Shown piece by piece: positions 27,866-36,936 of a DNA stretch of 64,000 nt; within the stretch, counting starts at the first letter, position 1, and each line of letters starts with the position of its first letter. This stretch comes from Clostridiales bacterium (lineage in GTDB: Bacteria > Bacillota > Clostridia > Oscillospirales > CAG-272), in NCBI GenBank assembly GCA_022791195.1, contig JAAVYP010000061.1, positions 12,732-76,731 of the forward strand, in the 5' to 3' direction. Both the position numbers and the translations under genes were made by a program. A model generated the notes under the pieces. It made no database searches. It was not told where the DNA came from and worked only from the letters and a program-made list of their open reading frames with translations.

Positions 27866-28946
27866 TTTCCTTCTCCTTTTCAGTTAAGAGGGCATCGTAA
27901 AGGGCAATCGCGCACACCGCTTCCATCACCGGTACGGCGCGGGGCACGATACAGGGGTCATGTCGTCCCCGTATCACTAATTTTGTGTTTTCCCGCTTCG
28001 ATAAGCTGATGCTGTCCTGTTCTTTGGCGATAGAGGGCGTTGGCTTGATGGCTGTCCTGAAAAGCAAGGGCATGCCGCTTGTCATGCCGCCTAATACGCC
28101 GCCATGGTGGTTGGTTTTGGTCTGTATCTTGTTTTGATTCATATAATAAGGGTCATTGTTTTCGGAACCATAGAGCATGGCGGCGCCGAAACCCTCTCCA
28201 AATTCAATGCCCTTTACCGCCGGCACGGCAAAAGCCAGCCGGCTGATGGTGTTTTCAATGCCGTAAAACATATGCTCGCCTAAACCAACAGGCAGTCCCA
28301 TCGCTGCACATTCAATGATACCGCCGACCGAATCGCCGTCCTTCTTCGCCTCATGAATGCGCTGTTTCATTTGTTCGCCGGCATCCGCGTTCAGTACGGG
28401 AAACTGGTCATGTAATGCAAACGAGGGAGCGAGCGGATCAAAGGGAGTGTCATAAATGTTTTGTATGGCGTAAATATGGGCGCCGATTTCAATGCCTTCG
28501 CGCTGCAAAGCCTGTAGGCAGATACCGCCGGCTATGCATAGAGGGGCGGTGAGTCGGCCTGAAAAATGGCCGCCGCCGGCCGTCTCCTGCTGTCCCTTGT
28601 ATTTGACAAAGGCGGGATAGTCAGCATGGCCGGGTCTTGGAATATCAATCACATTATCGTAATCATGCGAACGGGTGTTTGTGTTTTTGATAATAGCTTT
28701 CAGCACGGTTCCGTCAGTTTGCTGATTGGTAAGACCCTCGATAAACTCGGCCTTGTCCGGTTCTTTGCGGGCGGTTGCTTCGGCGCTGCGGCCGGGCGCG
28801 CGCCGTTCCAAAAAGGCTTGCAGTTTTTCTTGGTCTATCGATTCACCGGCCGGCATGCCCTGTATCACCACACCGATTTCGGGTGAATGAGAAAGGCCGA
28901 ATATTTCGATTGTTAGCTGTTCTAATTCTATTTTACTTGATCTCAT
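27852..28946 (-). CDS. aroC: Chorismate synthase
   Basis: RPGHADY, GGGHFSGR and GGVLGGMTSG motifs. Confidence 0.9.
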   Translation of the reverse strand: MRSSKIELEQLTIEIFGLSHSPEIGVVIQGMPAGESIDQEKLQAFLERRAPGRSAEATARKEPDKAEFIEGLTNQQTDGTVLKAIIKNTNTRSHDYDNVIDIPRPGHADYPAFVKYKGQQETAGGGHFSGRLTAPLCIAGGICLQALQREGIEIGAHIYAIQNIYDTPFDPLAPSFALHDQFPVLNADAGEQMKQRIHEAKKDGDSVGGIIECAAMGLPVGLGEHMFYGIENTISRLAFAVPAVKGIEFGEGFGAAMLYGSENNDPYYMNQNKIQTKTNHHGGVLGGMTSGMPLLFRTAIKPTPSIAKEQDSISLSKRENTKLVIRGRHDPCIVPRAVPVMEAVCAIALYDALLTEKEKENGTH

Positions 28947-30199
28947 AGTTTTGCAAAATCCTCAAAGAAAGTGGGGTATGATTTTTCAACGGCTTGTGCA
29001 CCGGTAATCGCGACAGGCGATTCGCACAACAGAGAGGCAACTGCGGCGCTCATCGCGATGCGGTGATCGCCGGCAGAGTCCAACGTGCCGCCTTTTAGGA
29101 TGCCTGTACCGATAATTTCCATGCAGTCTTCTTTTATGTTGACCGCGCCGCCCAGCCGGGTCAGCAGTTCTTGTACGGTCTGTACCCGGTCGCTTTCCTT
29201 TAGGCGCAGCCGTTCAATATGATGAATGGTCGTGGTACCCATCGCCCCGGCGGCGGTGACGGCCAGAATCGGGACCAAATCGGGTATATCGGCGGCGTCG
29301 ATTTCAATGGCATGAAGGGGCGCTTTTTGGACGGTAACTTGATCCTTTTCAATTCTAACCTTGGCGCCGAAGCGTATTAAAAGCTCGATGATTTTTTGAT
29401 CGCCCTGTAAGGTGTCGGGCGACAGACCGATGAGCGTGATCTGTCCGCCTAAAGCGCCGGCGCACAGCATAAAGGCAGCGTTGGACCAGTCGCCTTCTAC
29501 ATACACCTGACCGGGCGAGCAATATGTCTGTCCGCCGGATATCTTGAAAATGTGATTATCGAAGGCAGGATGAACACCAAACTGTGCCAGCGCGCACAGT
29601 GTCATAGCCACATAGGGGGCGGATTGCAGCGGACTTGTCAGTTCAATTTCGCTGTTTTCTGCCAGCAGGGGCAGAGCGAACAAAAGCCCCGATATATATT
29701 GAGAGGAGACATGCCCTGGCATTTGATAACGACCGGCATTTAACTGGCCGCTGATCGAAAGGGGATTTGCGCCGGGGGGACTAAGCCGGCAGCCGTGCTG
29801 GCTTAACGCATCGGTCAGCGGGGTCATGGGACGTGACGGCAGCCGGCCGTGCAGTGTGAGCAGACTCTCTTTACCGAGTGCGCCGAGAATGGGCAGAAGA
29901 AAACGCAGGGTAGAGCCGCTTTCGCCGCAGTCGCAGTTGATTTTATCTTTGCCTGTGTGCGCTGGCGTTACATAAATGCGGTCTTCTTTCTTGTCAATGT
30001 TTGCTCCCATCGTGCGAAGGCAGCTGATGGTAGCTTCTATATCAGCTGACGTGCCGTGACATTCAATTTCGGTCGGCGCATCGCTGAGTGCGGCGCAGAT
30101 AAGCAGCCGATGTGCCATGCTTTTCGAGGGAATGGCGGCCAGCGCGCCGTTTATTTCTTTTTTTGATAAGGTGATGTTCATAGTCCGTTTTGAATCCAA
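28943..30199 (-). CDS. aroA: 3-phosphoshikimate 1-carboxyvinyltransferase (EPSP synthase)
   Basis: 418 aa. PSKSMAHR, GESGSTLRFL, LRLKESDR and DHRIAMS motifs. Confidence 0.9.
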   Translation of the reverse strand: MDSKRTMNITLSKKEINGALAAIPSKSMAHRLLICAALSDAPTEIECHGTSADIEATISCLRTMGANIDKKEDRIYVTPAHTGKDKINCDCGESGSTLRFLLPILGALGKESLLTLHGRLPSRPMTPLTDALSQHGCRLSPPGANPLSISGQLNAGRYQMPGHVSSQYISGLLFALPLLAENSEIELTSPLQSAPYVAMTLCALAQFGVHPAFDNHIFKISGGQTYCSPGQVYVEGDWSNAAFMLCAGALGGQITLIGLSPDTLQGDQKIIELLIRFGAKVRIEKDQVTVQKAPLHAIEIDAADIPDLVPILAVTAAGAMGTTTIHHIERLRLKESDRVQTVQELLTRLGGAVNIKEDCMEIIGTGILKGGTLDSAGDHRIAMSAAVASLLCESPVAITGAQAVEKSYPTFFEDFAKL

Positions 30200-31230
30200 T
30201 CGAATAGATTTTCAGTGGGGACAGCGTGCATGCTGCATGTGCCGATTTTATTAGGAATAATCAGGGTGATCGAATCGCCCTCTCTTTTTTTGTCTTGCAG
30301 GGCGGCTTTCATAAGATCATCAGCCGAGTAGGGAATCGCAAGCGGAAAATGATAAGAGTCCAGTATGTGCGCTAACGCCGCTGTGCAGCCTTGCTCTGCA
30401 AAACCGAGCTTTTCGGATGCTTTGGTGATGATATGCATGCCAATCGCCACGGCATGGCCGTGTGAGATCTGAAAATGACTGCATGCTTCAATGGCGTGGC
30501 CGATTGTGTGGCCAAAGTTCAGCAGGGCGCGCAGTCCCCGGTCGTATTCATCCTGCATAACGACATCTCGTTTAATTTCAACGCAGCGCTTGATCACCTC
30601 TTCTTCCCATTCTTTCACCGGCTGCTGCCCAAGCTGTTCAAAGAACCCGGCATCGGTAATCATGGCATATTTGATGATTTCAGCGCAGCCGTCCCGGTAG
30701 ATTTCATCGGGCAGGGTACGCAGCGTCAGCGGGTCGCAGAGGACAAGAGAGGGCTGATAAAACGCCCCCAGCAGATTTTTTCCTGCCGGAATATCAATCG
30801 CGGTTTTGCCGCCAACGGAAGAATCCACGCAGGCAAGCAGGGTGGTGGGAATCTGAATAAACGAAATGCCCCGTAAAAAGGTGGCGGCGGCAAAGCCGGA
30901 CAGGTCGCCAACCACACCGCCGCCCAAAGCAACGATGGCGTCGGAACGGGTGAGATGATTTTGGGCTAAATAATCGATTAAATGCAGATAAGTCGTGCTG
31001 TTTTTGGACTCTTCTCCGTGCGCAAACACAAATTTGGCTGTGCGAAATCCCTCTGCCTGCAGAGATTGAATTACCGTGTCTGCATACAGCGCATTAACGG
31101 TATCATCGGTTACAAGGCAGATGGTTTGTGCTTTGCATACGTTTTTAATCAAAGAACCGCAGCGGGACAAAAGGCCTTTTTCGATCATAATATCGTACGA
31201 TTTTGAGGCGTTGATATGAACTTTGTTCAT
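30178..31230 (-). CDS. aroB: 3-dehydroquinate synthase
   Basis: GGGVVGDLSGFAA, DSSVGGKT and HTIGHAIE motifs. Start taken at MNKVHINAS. Confidence 0.9.
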   Translation of the reverse strand: MNKVHINASKSYDIMIEKGLLSRCGSLIKNVCKAQTICLVTDDTVNALYADTVIQSLQAEGFRTAKFVFAHGEESKNSTTYLHLIDYLAQNHLTRSDAIVALGGGVVGDLSGFAAATFLRGISFIQIPTTLLACVDSSVGGKTAIDIPAGKNLLGAFYQPSLVLCDPLTLRTLPDEIYRDGCAEIIKYAMITDAGFFEQLGQQPVKEWEEEVIKRCVEIKRDVVMQDEYDRGLRALLNFGHTIGHAIEACSHFQISHGHAVAIGMHIITKASEKLGFAEQGCTAALAHILDSYHFPLAIPYSADDLMKAALQDKKREGDSITLIIPNKIGTCSMHAVPTENLFDWIQNGL

Positions 31231-31292
31231 GCGTGTTTTTACACCTTTCTGACAGATACGGATACACGAATAGGGCATAGGCGGCCTGATTC

Positions 31293-31326
31293 ATAAAGAA
31301 AAGCCGCACAGTTTTCTGTGCGGCTT
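31293..31326 (-). terminator. Leader (attenuator) terminator upstream of aroB
   Basis: AAGCCGCACAG-AAAA-CUGUGCGGCUU followed by UUCUUUAU. It lies inside the 5' leader, about 60 nt before the aroB start. Confidence 0.75.
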
Positions 31327-31381
31327 ACCATACAATCTTTCTTAACGACTTGACGACGGTTCATCGGCAGCACAAAATTCT

Positions 31382-31459
31382 TTACTGTACAACGGCGTAA
31401 GTAAAGCGAAAGAAATAATATGCGCCCATAAATCGTTTCGTATCCATCATTTTTTCCAT
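31382..31459 (-). CDS. Candidate leader peptide MEKMMDTKRFMGAYYFFRFTYAVVQ (Phe/Tyr-rich)
   Basis: 25-codon ORF between the promoter and the leader terminator. Seven of 25 residues are aromatic, clustered as YYFFRFTY. Weak or no SD. Confidence 0.35.
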   Translation of the reverse strand: MEKMMDTKRFMGAYYFFRFTYAVVQ

Positions 31460-31500
31460 ATATTGTTTCATTGGTCAATGCTTGAACCTTTATTTTTTTC

Positions 31501-31529
31501 AGTATAGCACCGAACCGGAAAATTGTCAA
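31501..31529 (-). promoter_or_regulatory. Sigma-A type promoter of the aro operon
   Basis: Minus strand TTGACA-17 nt-TATACT. Confidence 0.65.
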
Positions 31530-31539
31530 GAATTTTTGC

Positions 31540-32934
31540 TTATGCCAGCTTTCTGCCCATGACCACACCCATTGCCGAGGCCATCATGAGGCCTCTGGTC
31601 CAGCCTGAGCTGTCTCCCAAGCAATAGAGTCCCCCGATGTTGGTCTGTAAGTCTTCGTCCATTTTGATGCGGTTGGAGTAGAATTTCAGCTCCGGCGAAT
31701 ACAACAGGGTTTCAGTGGCGGCAAAACCGGGCACGACATGATCCATCGCTTTGATAAAATGTATGATGTTTGTTAAAGAGCGATAGGGCATGGCGGCGGT
31801 GATATCGCCGGCAACTGCGTCCGGAATGGTGGGCTTGACATTTGATTGGGCGAGCTCTTTCTCCCAGGTGCGTTTTCCGTCCAGAATATCGCCGTAACGC
31901 TGCACGAGTATATGTCCGTTGGCCAGCATGTTGGTAAGCTCGCCTACTTTTTGCGCATAGGCAATGGGCTGATTGAAGGGATAGGTGAAATTGTGTGAAC
32001 AGAGAATGGCGAGGTTTGTGTTGTCGCTTTTCATTTCCTTGTAGCTGTGGCCATTGACAACGGCTAAGTTGTTGTCATAGTTTTCCTGGCTGACAAAGCC
32101 GCCCGGATTTTGGCAAAAGGTGCGTACTTTATTTTTGAATGGGGGCGGATAGCCGATGAGCTTGGATTCATAGAGAACCTCGTTGACCTCCTCCATGACC
32201 TCGTTGCGGACCTCGACACGCACGCCGATATCCACAGTGCCCGGCTGATGCGCAATGTCGTGCTCGTTGCAGAGCGCTTCCAGCCAGTCGGCGCCTTTGC
32301 GGCCGGTGGCCACGACAACGTGTTCGCCCTCTAGCGTGAAATGTTCGCCTGATGCAAGACGCACAAAGGATGCGCCGGTACATATCATATCCTTTACAAT
32401 CAAATCGGTGCAGTCGCAGCCGAACAGAATCTCAACACCCTTGTCAATTAAATATTGCTCAATGTCGTAATAAAGCTGCTGGGCTTTTTCGGTTCCTAAA
32501 TGTCGAATGGGACAATCCACTAATTTCAGGCCGGCTGTGATAGCCTTTTTGCGGATTTGTTTGACTTTTTCGGGATTGGAGACCCCTTCAATATGGGTAT
32601 CAGCACCAAATTCAAGATAAATGGAATCGGTGTAGTCGATCATGCTCTGCATAAATGCCGCGCCGAGCAGATTGGGCAGATCGCCGCCTACTTCATAGTG
32701 CAGGGATAATTTACCGTCTGAAAAAGCGCCTGCCCCTGAAAAACCGGTGGTGATATGGCAAAAAGGCTTGCAGTTCATGCATTTTCCCGTCTTGTGTTTG
32801 GGGCAGCTGCGTTTTTCAACCGGCTGGCCCTTTTCGACGATTGCGATTTTCTTTTTCGACCCTTGTTTGATCATTTCAAGCGCGGTAAAAATACCCGAAG
32901 GGCCGGCGCCGATAATGATGACATCGTATTTCAT
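31540..32934 (-). CDS. FAD-dependent oxidoreductase (COG2509-type uncharacterised dehydrogenase)
   Basis: MKYDVIIIGAGPSGIF dinucleotide-binding motif, Cys cluster CPKHKTGKCMNCKPFC, 464 aa. Confidence 0.7.
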   Translation of the reverse strand: MKYDVIIIGAGPSGIFTALEMIKQGSKKKIAIVEKGQPVEKRSCPKHKTGKCMNCKPFCHITTGFSGAGAFSDGKLSLHYEVGGDLPNLLGAAFMQSMIDYTDSIYLEFGADTHIEGVSNPEKVKQIRKKAITAGLKLVDCPIRHLGTEKAQQLYYDIEQYLIDKGVEILFGCDCTDLIVKDMICTGASFVRLASGEHFTLEGEHVVVATGRKGADWLEALCNEHDIAHQPGTVDIGVRVEVRNEVMEEVNEVLYESKLIGYPPPFKNKVRTFCQNPGGFVSQENYDNNLAVVNGHSYKEMKSDNTNLAILCSHNFTYPFNQPIAYAQKVGELTNMLANGHILVQRYGDILDGKRTWEKELAQSNVKPTIPDAVAGDITAAMPYRSLTNIIHFIKAMDHVVPGFAATETLLYSPELKFYSNRIKMDEDLQTNIGGLYCLGDSSGWTRGLMMASAMGVVMGRKLA

Positions 32935-32980
32935 TTCTTTATGCTCCTGTCCAAATGATCAGTAAATTTTTATCCTTGTG

Positions 32981-35137
32981 TTAAGAAATGCGGGTGAAAT
33001 GAAACAGAGAATATGCGTTTGCTTCAGGTTGTGTTTCAAAAGAAAAACCTTCTTTCAAGGCACGCCCCGTATATTCTTTTCCGGTTGCTTCCTCTATGTA
33101 ACGGGCGTCCTCGGGCACTTGAAAACACATGGTCAGCTTTTCGGTCGCGCCTGCCTCGGCTTTCAGACAAACAGCCAAGAGTTCATCTTTTTCCGGACTG
33201 ATAAAATAATAGGAATAATAGGGCGAATCAACCGGATTGTGAACGCGGTAGAAATCGCCGTTTATAATGAGCGATTCATAACGGCGGTATTCCTGAATTT
33301 GCGCGGCAATGGTTTCTTTGACATTCTCGGGCATGTCAGGCAGCTTCATTTCATAGCCCAGCACGCCGCCGGTGGCTACGCGAAAAGCAAAGTCCAGCTT
33401 ACCCGGATCGCTTGTCAGCCCATCAAAATCAGAAACATGACAGCTCATGACGCAGGGTGGATAAGCCAGGGCCGAACCGTGCTGAATTAAAATTCTCTGT
33501 TTAGGGCCGGTCATGTCGCTGGTCCAGATTTGTGTGGAGTATTTCATCATGCCGAGGTCGTACCGTCCGCCGCCGCCCGAGCAGTTTTCAATCATAACCT
33601 GCGGAAAGCGATTTTGGAACCAGCGGAAAAGGCGGTATACGCCCAACATATAGCGAAAAGAGGTTTCGTCCTGCTGCTCGGCCGGCAGCGCCGGGGAAGC
33701 AACCGAACACATGTGGCGGTTCATATCCCATTTGATATAATCAATGTCAAGATCGCCCAGTGTTTGTTCAAAAAGATCTTCTAAATAATCAATCACTTCG
33801 GGATTGGCAAAATCCAGCACCAGCTGATGCCTGGAGAGCAGCAACTCGCGTCCCGGTGCCTGCAAACACCATTCAGGGTGCTTTTGGTATAATTCGCTGT
33901 GCGGGTTTACCATTTCCGGCTCAATCCAAATGCCGAATTTGAGGCCGGTTTCTTTAATCTGCCGAATGAGAGGGGCAAGGCCGTTCGGGAATTTCTTTTT
34001 ATGTACAAACCAATCGCCTAAGCTGGTGGTGTCGTCATCCCGTTTTCCGAACCAGCCGTCATCCATAACCAGCATGTCAATGCCGCAGTCGGCCGCCGCT
34101 TTGGCATAGCGCAGCATCTCTTCCTGGTCAATGTCAAAATAAGAGGCTTCCCATGTGTTGAGTACGACCGGGCGGGGGATTATCGGGTCTTTCGGCAGGA
34201 TATGCTGGCGGATGAAACGATGAAAGCGAACCGACATGCCGTTCAGTCCCTCCTGCGAGCAGGTCATGACCGCTTCGGGCGCGTCAAAGGTTTGAGAAGG
34301 GGCGAGCAGAAAACCGAAATTTTCTTCGCCAAGGCCGGTTTGAATGCGGATGCGTCCATTCGGGTCTTTTTCAATTTCATTGAGAAAGCTGCCGCTGTAG
34401 ACAAAATTAAAGCCGTATACAAGGCCGTGGTCTTCATCGGCCGTATGCTCGCATACCGCCATAAAGGGATTAAACTGGTGGCTGGAAGCGCCCCTGCGTG
34501 AACAGACGCTCTGCATACCAAAACCGACATGTTCTCTTTGGTAATGCCGTTCGGTGGCATGGCCGCCGTACAGCGTGATATAGTCGAAATCGCCTTCTTC
34601 GATATCCAGCGTCAAAGACATGGCCTTTTCTAATTTGACTGTCTGCGTTCCTTGGTTCTGCAGGGTAAAGGATCTTGTAATGATGTCCGCATCGGCGAAA
34701 ACGGTATAGAATAAGGAGAGCTTGCAGCCGGTGAGGTCGTCTTTCATATTGATGATCAGTGTTTGCGTGTTTTCATCCGGCTCGGCAAAGGGCAGTCCGT
34801 TCGGCGTCCGCCGTCCTTTTATTATTTCATAATTCTCGTATTCAAACGAAGTGACGCTATTGCCGTCCTGATTGCGGATTTTGATGGCGGCTGTTCTGAA
34901 ATCACCGTGGCCGAAAAAGGGACATTCGCTGAGGGCGCAGTCGGGTGAAAAGACCATGCCGTATTTCTCGTAATAAGGGGAAAAGGAACGGTAATGTTTG
35001 GGAATTTCACCGCTGTATTCCTGCTGTCTGCTGCCATAGTAAAGATGGACGGGAAAGCGGTGGTCGTAAAGCGCGAACACATAGGCTGTGTTCTTGGTCT
35101 CGATAATGAATTTTTCTTGGTCAAAGCGGATAGACAT
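32981..35137 (-). CDS. Alpha-galactosidase, glycoside hydrolase family 36
   Basis: 718 aa. Motifs DDGWF, YIKWDMNR and CSGGGGRYD are typical of GH36 AgaA/melibiase. Confidence 0.85.
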   Translation of the reverse strand: MSIRFDQEKFIIETKNTAYVFALYDHRFPVHLYYGSRQQEYSGEIPKHYRSFSPYYEKYGMVFSPDCALSECPFFGHGDFRTAAIKIRNQDGNSVTSFEYENYEIIKGRRTPNGLPFAEPDENTQTLIINMKDDLTGCKLSLFYTVFADADIITRSFTLQNQGTQTVKLEKAMSLTLDIEEGDFDYITLYGGHATERHYQREHVGFGMQSVCSRRGASSHQFNPFMAVCEHTADEDHGLVYGFNFVYSGSFLNEIEKDPNGRIRIQTGLGEENFGFLLAPSQTFDAPEAVMTCSQEGLNGMSVRFHRFIRQHILPKDPIIPRPVVLNTWEASYFDIDQEEMLRYAKAAADCGIDMLVMDDGWFGKRDDDTTSLGDWFVHKKKFPNGLAPLIRQIKETGLKFGIWIEPEMVNPHSELYQKHPEWCLQAPGRELLLSRHQLVLDFANPEVIDYLEDLFEQTLGDLDIDYIKWDMNRHMCSVASPALPAEQQDETSFRYMLGVYRLFRWFQNRFPQVMIENCSGGGGRYDLGMMKYSTQIWTSDMTGPKQRILIQHGSALAYPPCVMSCHVSDFDGLTSDPGKLDFAFRVATGGVLGYEMKLPDMPENVKETIAAQIQEYRRYESLIINGDFYRVHNPVDSPYYSYYFISPEKDELLAVCLKAEAGATEKLTMCFQVPEDARYIEEATGKEYTGRALKEGFSFETQPEANAYSLFHFTRIS

Positions 35138-35181
35138 TGCAAATTCCTGCCTTTCTTGCCGTGTATAGGATGATTTTGTAT

Positions 35182-35931
35182 TTATGCTTGGATTTGAACG
35201 GCTGTTTTTAATGCCAGTTCGATCATCTTGGTGAAGGTGGTTTGCCGCTCTTCGGCAGAGGTTGCTTCGCCGGTTACCAAGCTATCCGAAATAGTCAGAA
35301 TGGAAAGCGCTTTTTTTCCGGCGCGCGCTGCGTTCAGATAGAGCGCGGCGGTTTCCATTTCAACACAGAGCACGCCCATTTGCGACCAGCGGGCAATCGG
35401 GGAGAGAGGATCGTTTATATCAGTTGTTTGATCGCTGTAGAATACATCGGAGGTAAATACGCTGCCGACATGATAAGCCATACCGGCTTTTTCGGCCTGT
35501 TCGGCTCCGATACGCAAAAGATCAAAGCTTGCCGTGGGAGCCAAAGTGCCCTCGGTTTTGAACTGATGGGCATAGTTTGAATCGGTGGCGGCTGACTGGG
35601 CCAGCACGATATCGCGCACCTGCACGCGCGGATTCATTGCGCCGGCAGAACCAACGCGTATAATGTTGTCAACGCCGAAAATGTTATAAAGCTCATACGA
35701 GTAAATGCCCATCGAAGGCATGCCCATGCCCGAGGCCATGACCGAAATTTTGGTTCCGTTGTAAAGTCCGGTGTATCCCTGCACACCGCGTACATTGTTA
35801 ATGAGCACCGGGTTTTCAAAAAAGGTTTCGGCAATAAATTTTGAGCGCAGCGGATCGCCGGGCATCAGAACGGTTTTTCCGAAATCATCCGGCTTGGCAT
35901 CAATATGGGGGGTGGGATAGGGTTGTTTCAT
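35182..35931 (-). CDS. deoD: Purine nucleoside phosphorylase, DeoD type
   Basis: TPHI...VLMPGDPLR, SVMASGMGMPS, RVGSAGA and VEMETAALY motifs. Confidence 0.85.
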   Translation of the reverse strand: MKQPYPTPHIDAKPDDFGKTVLMPGDPLRSKFIAETFFENPVLINNVRGVQGYTGLYNGTKISVMASGMGMPSMGIYSYELYNIFGVDNIIRVGSAGAMNPRVQVRDIVLAQSAATDSNYAHQFKTEGTLAPTASFDLLRIGAEQAEKAGMAYHVGSVFTSDVFYSDQTTDINDPLSPIARWSQMGVLCVEMETAALYLNAARAGKKALSILTISDSLVTGEATSAEERQTTFTKMIELALKTAVQIQA

Positions 35932-36108
35932 AAGAGGGCCGCCTTTCTTGGTTTTAGGGAGATGTATAAGAGGGGTTTGCTTGCTTTGCTTAGTGGTTCT
36001 TTTTAATTACTAAAAGTTTTATTCATTAAATATCTAAATCCATTATATACTACGTCTTTTTTATAGTCAATATTGAAAAATGAGAATTGATCATATATAA
36101 TACATTTT

Positions 36109-36936
36109 GTGATGAATCAATTATTTCAGAAAAAAGTTGTCTATTATACCGACGAATTGCAGGATGATTTTGCGATTACCCGAAATATAACCAAGCCAAA
36201 AGAACCGACGGGCGGTCGTTTTTACGAATCATCGTCTTTTGTCAAAAAACCGATTGTATGGCTTTTATATCGGGCGGTGGCGACGCCGGTTTGCTGGATT
36301 TACAGCCGGGTGTTTCACGGTGTACGGGTGAAAAATAGAAGTGTTATTTTAAAGCTGCGGGGCGGCTGCTTTTTATACGGCAATCATACACAGAACGTGA
36401 TTGACGCTTTTTTGCCGACGATTGCTGCTTTTCCCAAACGGTGCGATGTGATTACCGCGCGGGACGCGGTGTCTTTACCGGTGATTAAGCATGTGGTGCC
36501 CGCGCTTGGCGGCGTTCCTTTACCCGAAACCTATCGGGATGTGCATTCGTTTATGGAATCAATCCGCCGGCGGTTGAAAAAAGGACATGCCATTGCCATT
36601 TATCCCGAGGCGCATATTTGGCCGTATTACAATAAAATACGTCCCTTTAGCGAGGCTGCGTTTACTTATCCCTGCCGATTTGGCGTGCCGGCTGTTCCTT
36701 TTACAGTAACATACCGCAAGCGAAAAATTTTGTCTTTTTTGCCGCCGGTGGTTACCGTGGTGATTGGCGAGCCTGTTTTGCCGGATGCATCGCTTGGCAA
36801 AAAAGAAGCGATGAAACAGATGCGCGATGCGGTATATGAGCAAATGTGCAGGGCGGCGGAAGAAAGCTACGCGCATATTGAGTATGTAAAAAGAGACATG
36901 GATGCGAACCCAATTTACGAAAAAAATGTTGAATGA
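36109..36936 (+). CDS. Lysophospholipid/1-acyl-glycerol-3-phosphate acyltransferase family protein (PlsC-like)
   Basis: GNHTQNVID (H-x-D type block I) and IYPEAHIW (block III-like). GTG 36109 or ATG 36112 start. Confidence 0.6.
   Translation: MMNQLFQKKVVYYTDELQDDFAITRNITKPKEPTGGRFYESSSFVKKPIVWLLYRAVATPVCWIYSRVFHGVRVKNRSVILKLRGGCFLYGNHTQNVIDAFLPTIAAFPKRCDVITARDAVSLPVIKHVVPALGGVPLPETYRDVHSFMESIRRRLKKGHAIAIYPEAHIWPYYNKIRPFSEAAFTYPCRFGVPAVPFTVTYRKRKILSFLPPVVTVVIGEPVLPDASLGKKEAMKQMRDAVYEQMCRAAEESYAHIEYVKRDMDANPIYEKNVE

Noticed and set aside
31231-31500. T-box riboswitch as the explanation for the aro leader.
   Set aside because: The length and the terminator would fit, and UAUGGUAAGCCGC faintly resembles the T-box UGGUACCGCG. 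However, I find no AGAGA/AG-bulge, no GA (K-turn) motif, no clear specifier loop and no proper antiterminator bulge architecture. I kept it as the alternative to be tested by cmsearch rather than calling it.
31239-31568. 109-aa ORF in the track covering the aro operon leader.
   Set aside because: It spans the promoter, the leader and the terminator hairpin. It has no RBS and an implausible composition. The region is better explained as a non-coding regulatory leader.
36063-36080. GTCAATATTGA upstream of the PlsC-like acyltransferase, sharing the FabT operator half-site GTCAATATT.
   Set aside because: Only one half-site is present, in an inside-out arrangement (TCAATATTGA palindrome), not the TTGAC-NN-GTCAA geometry of the fabT operators. 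It could easily arise by chance in AT-rich promoter DNA.
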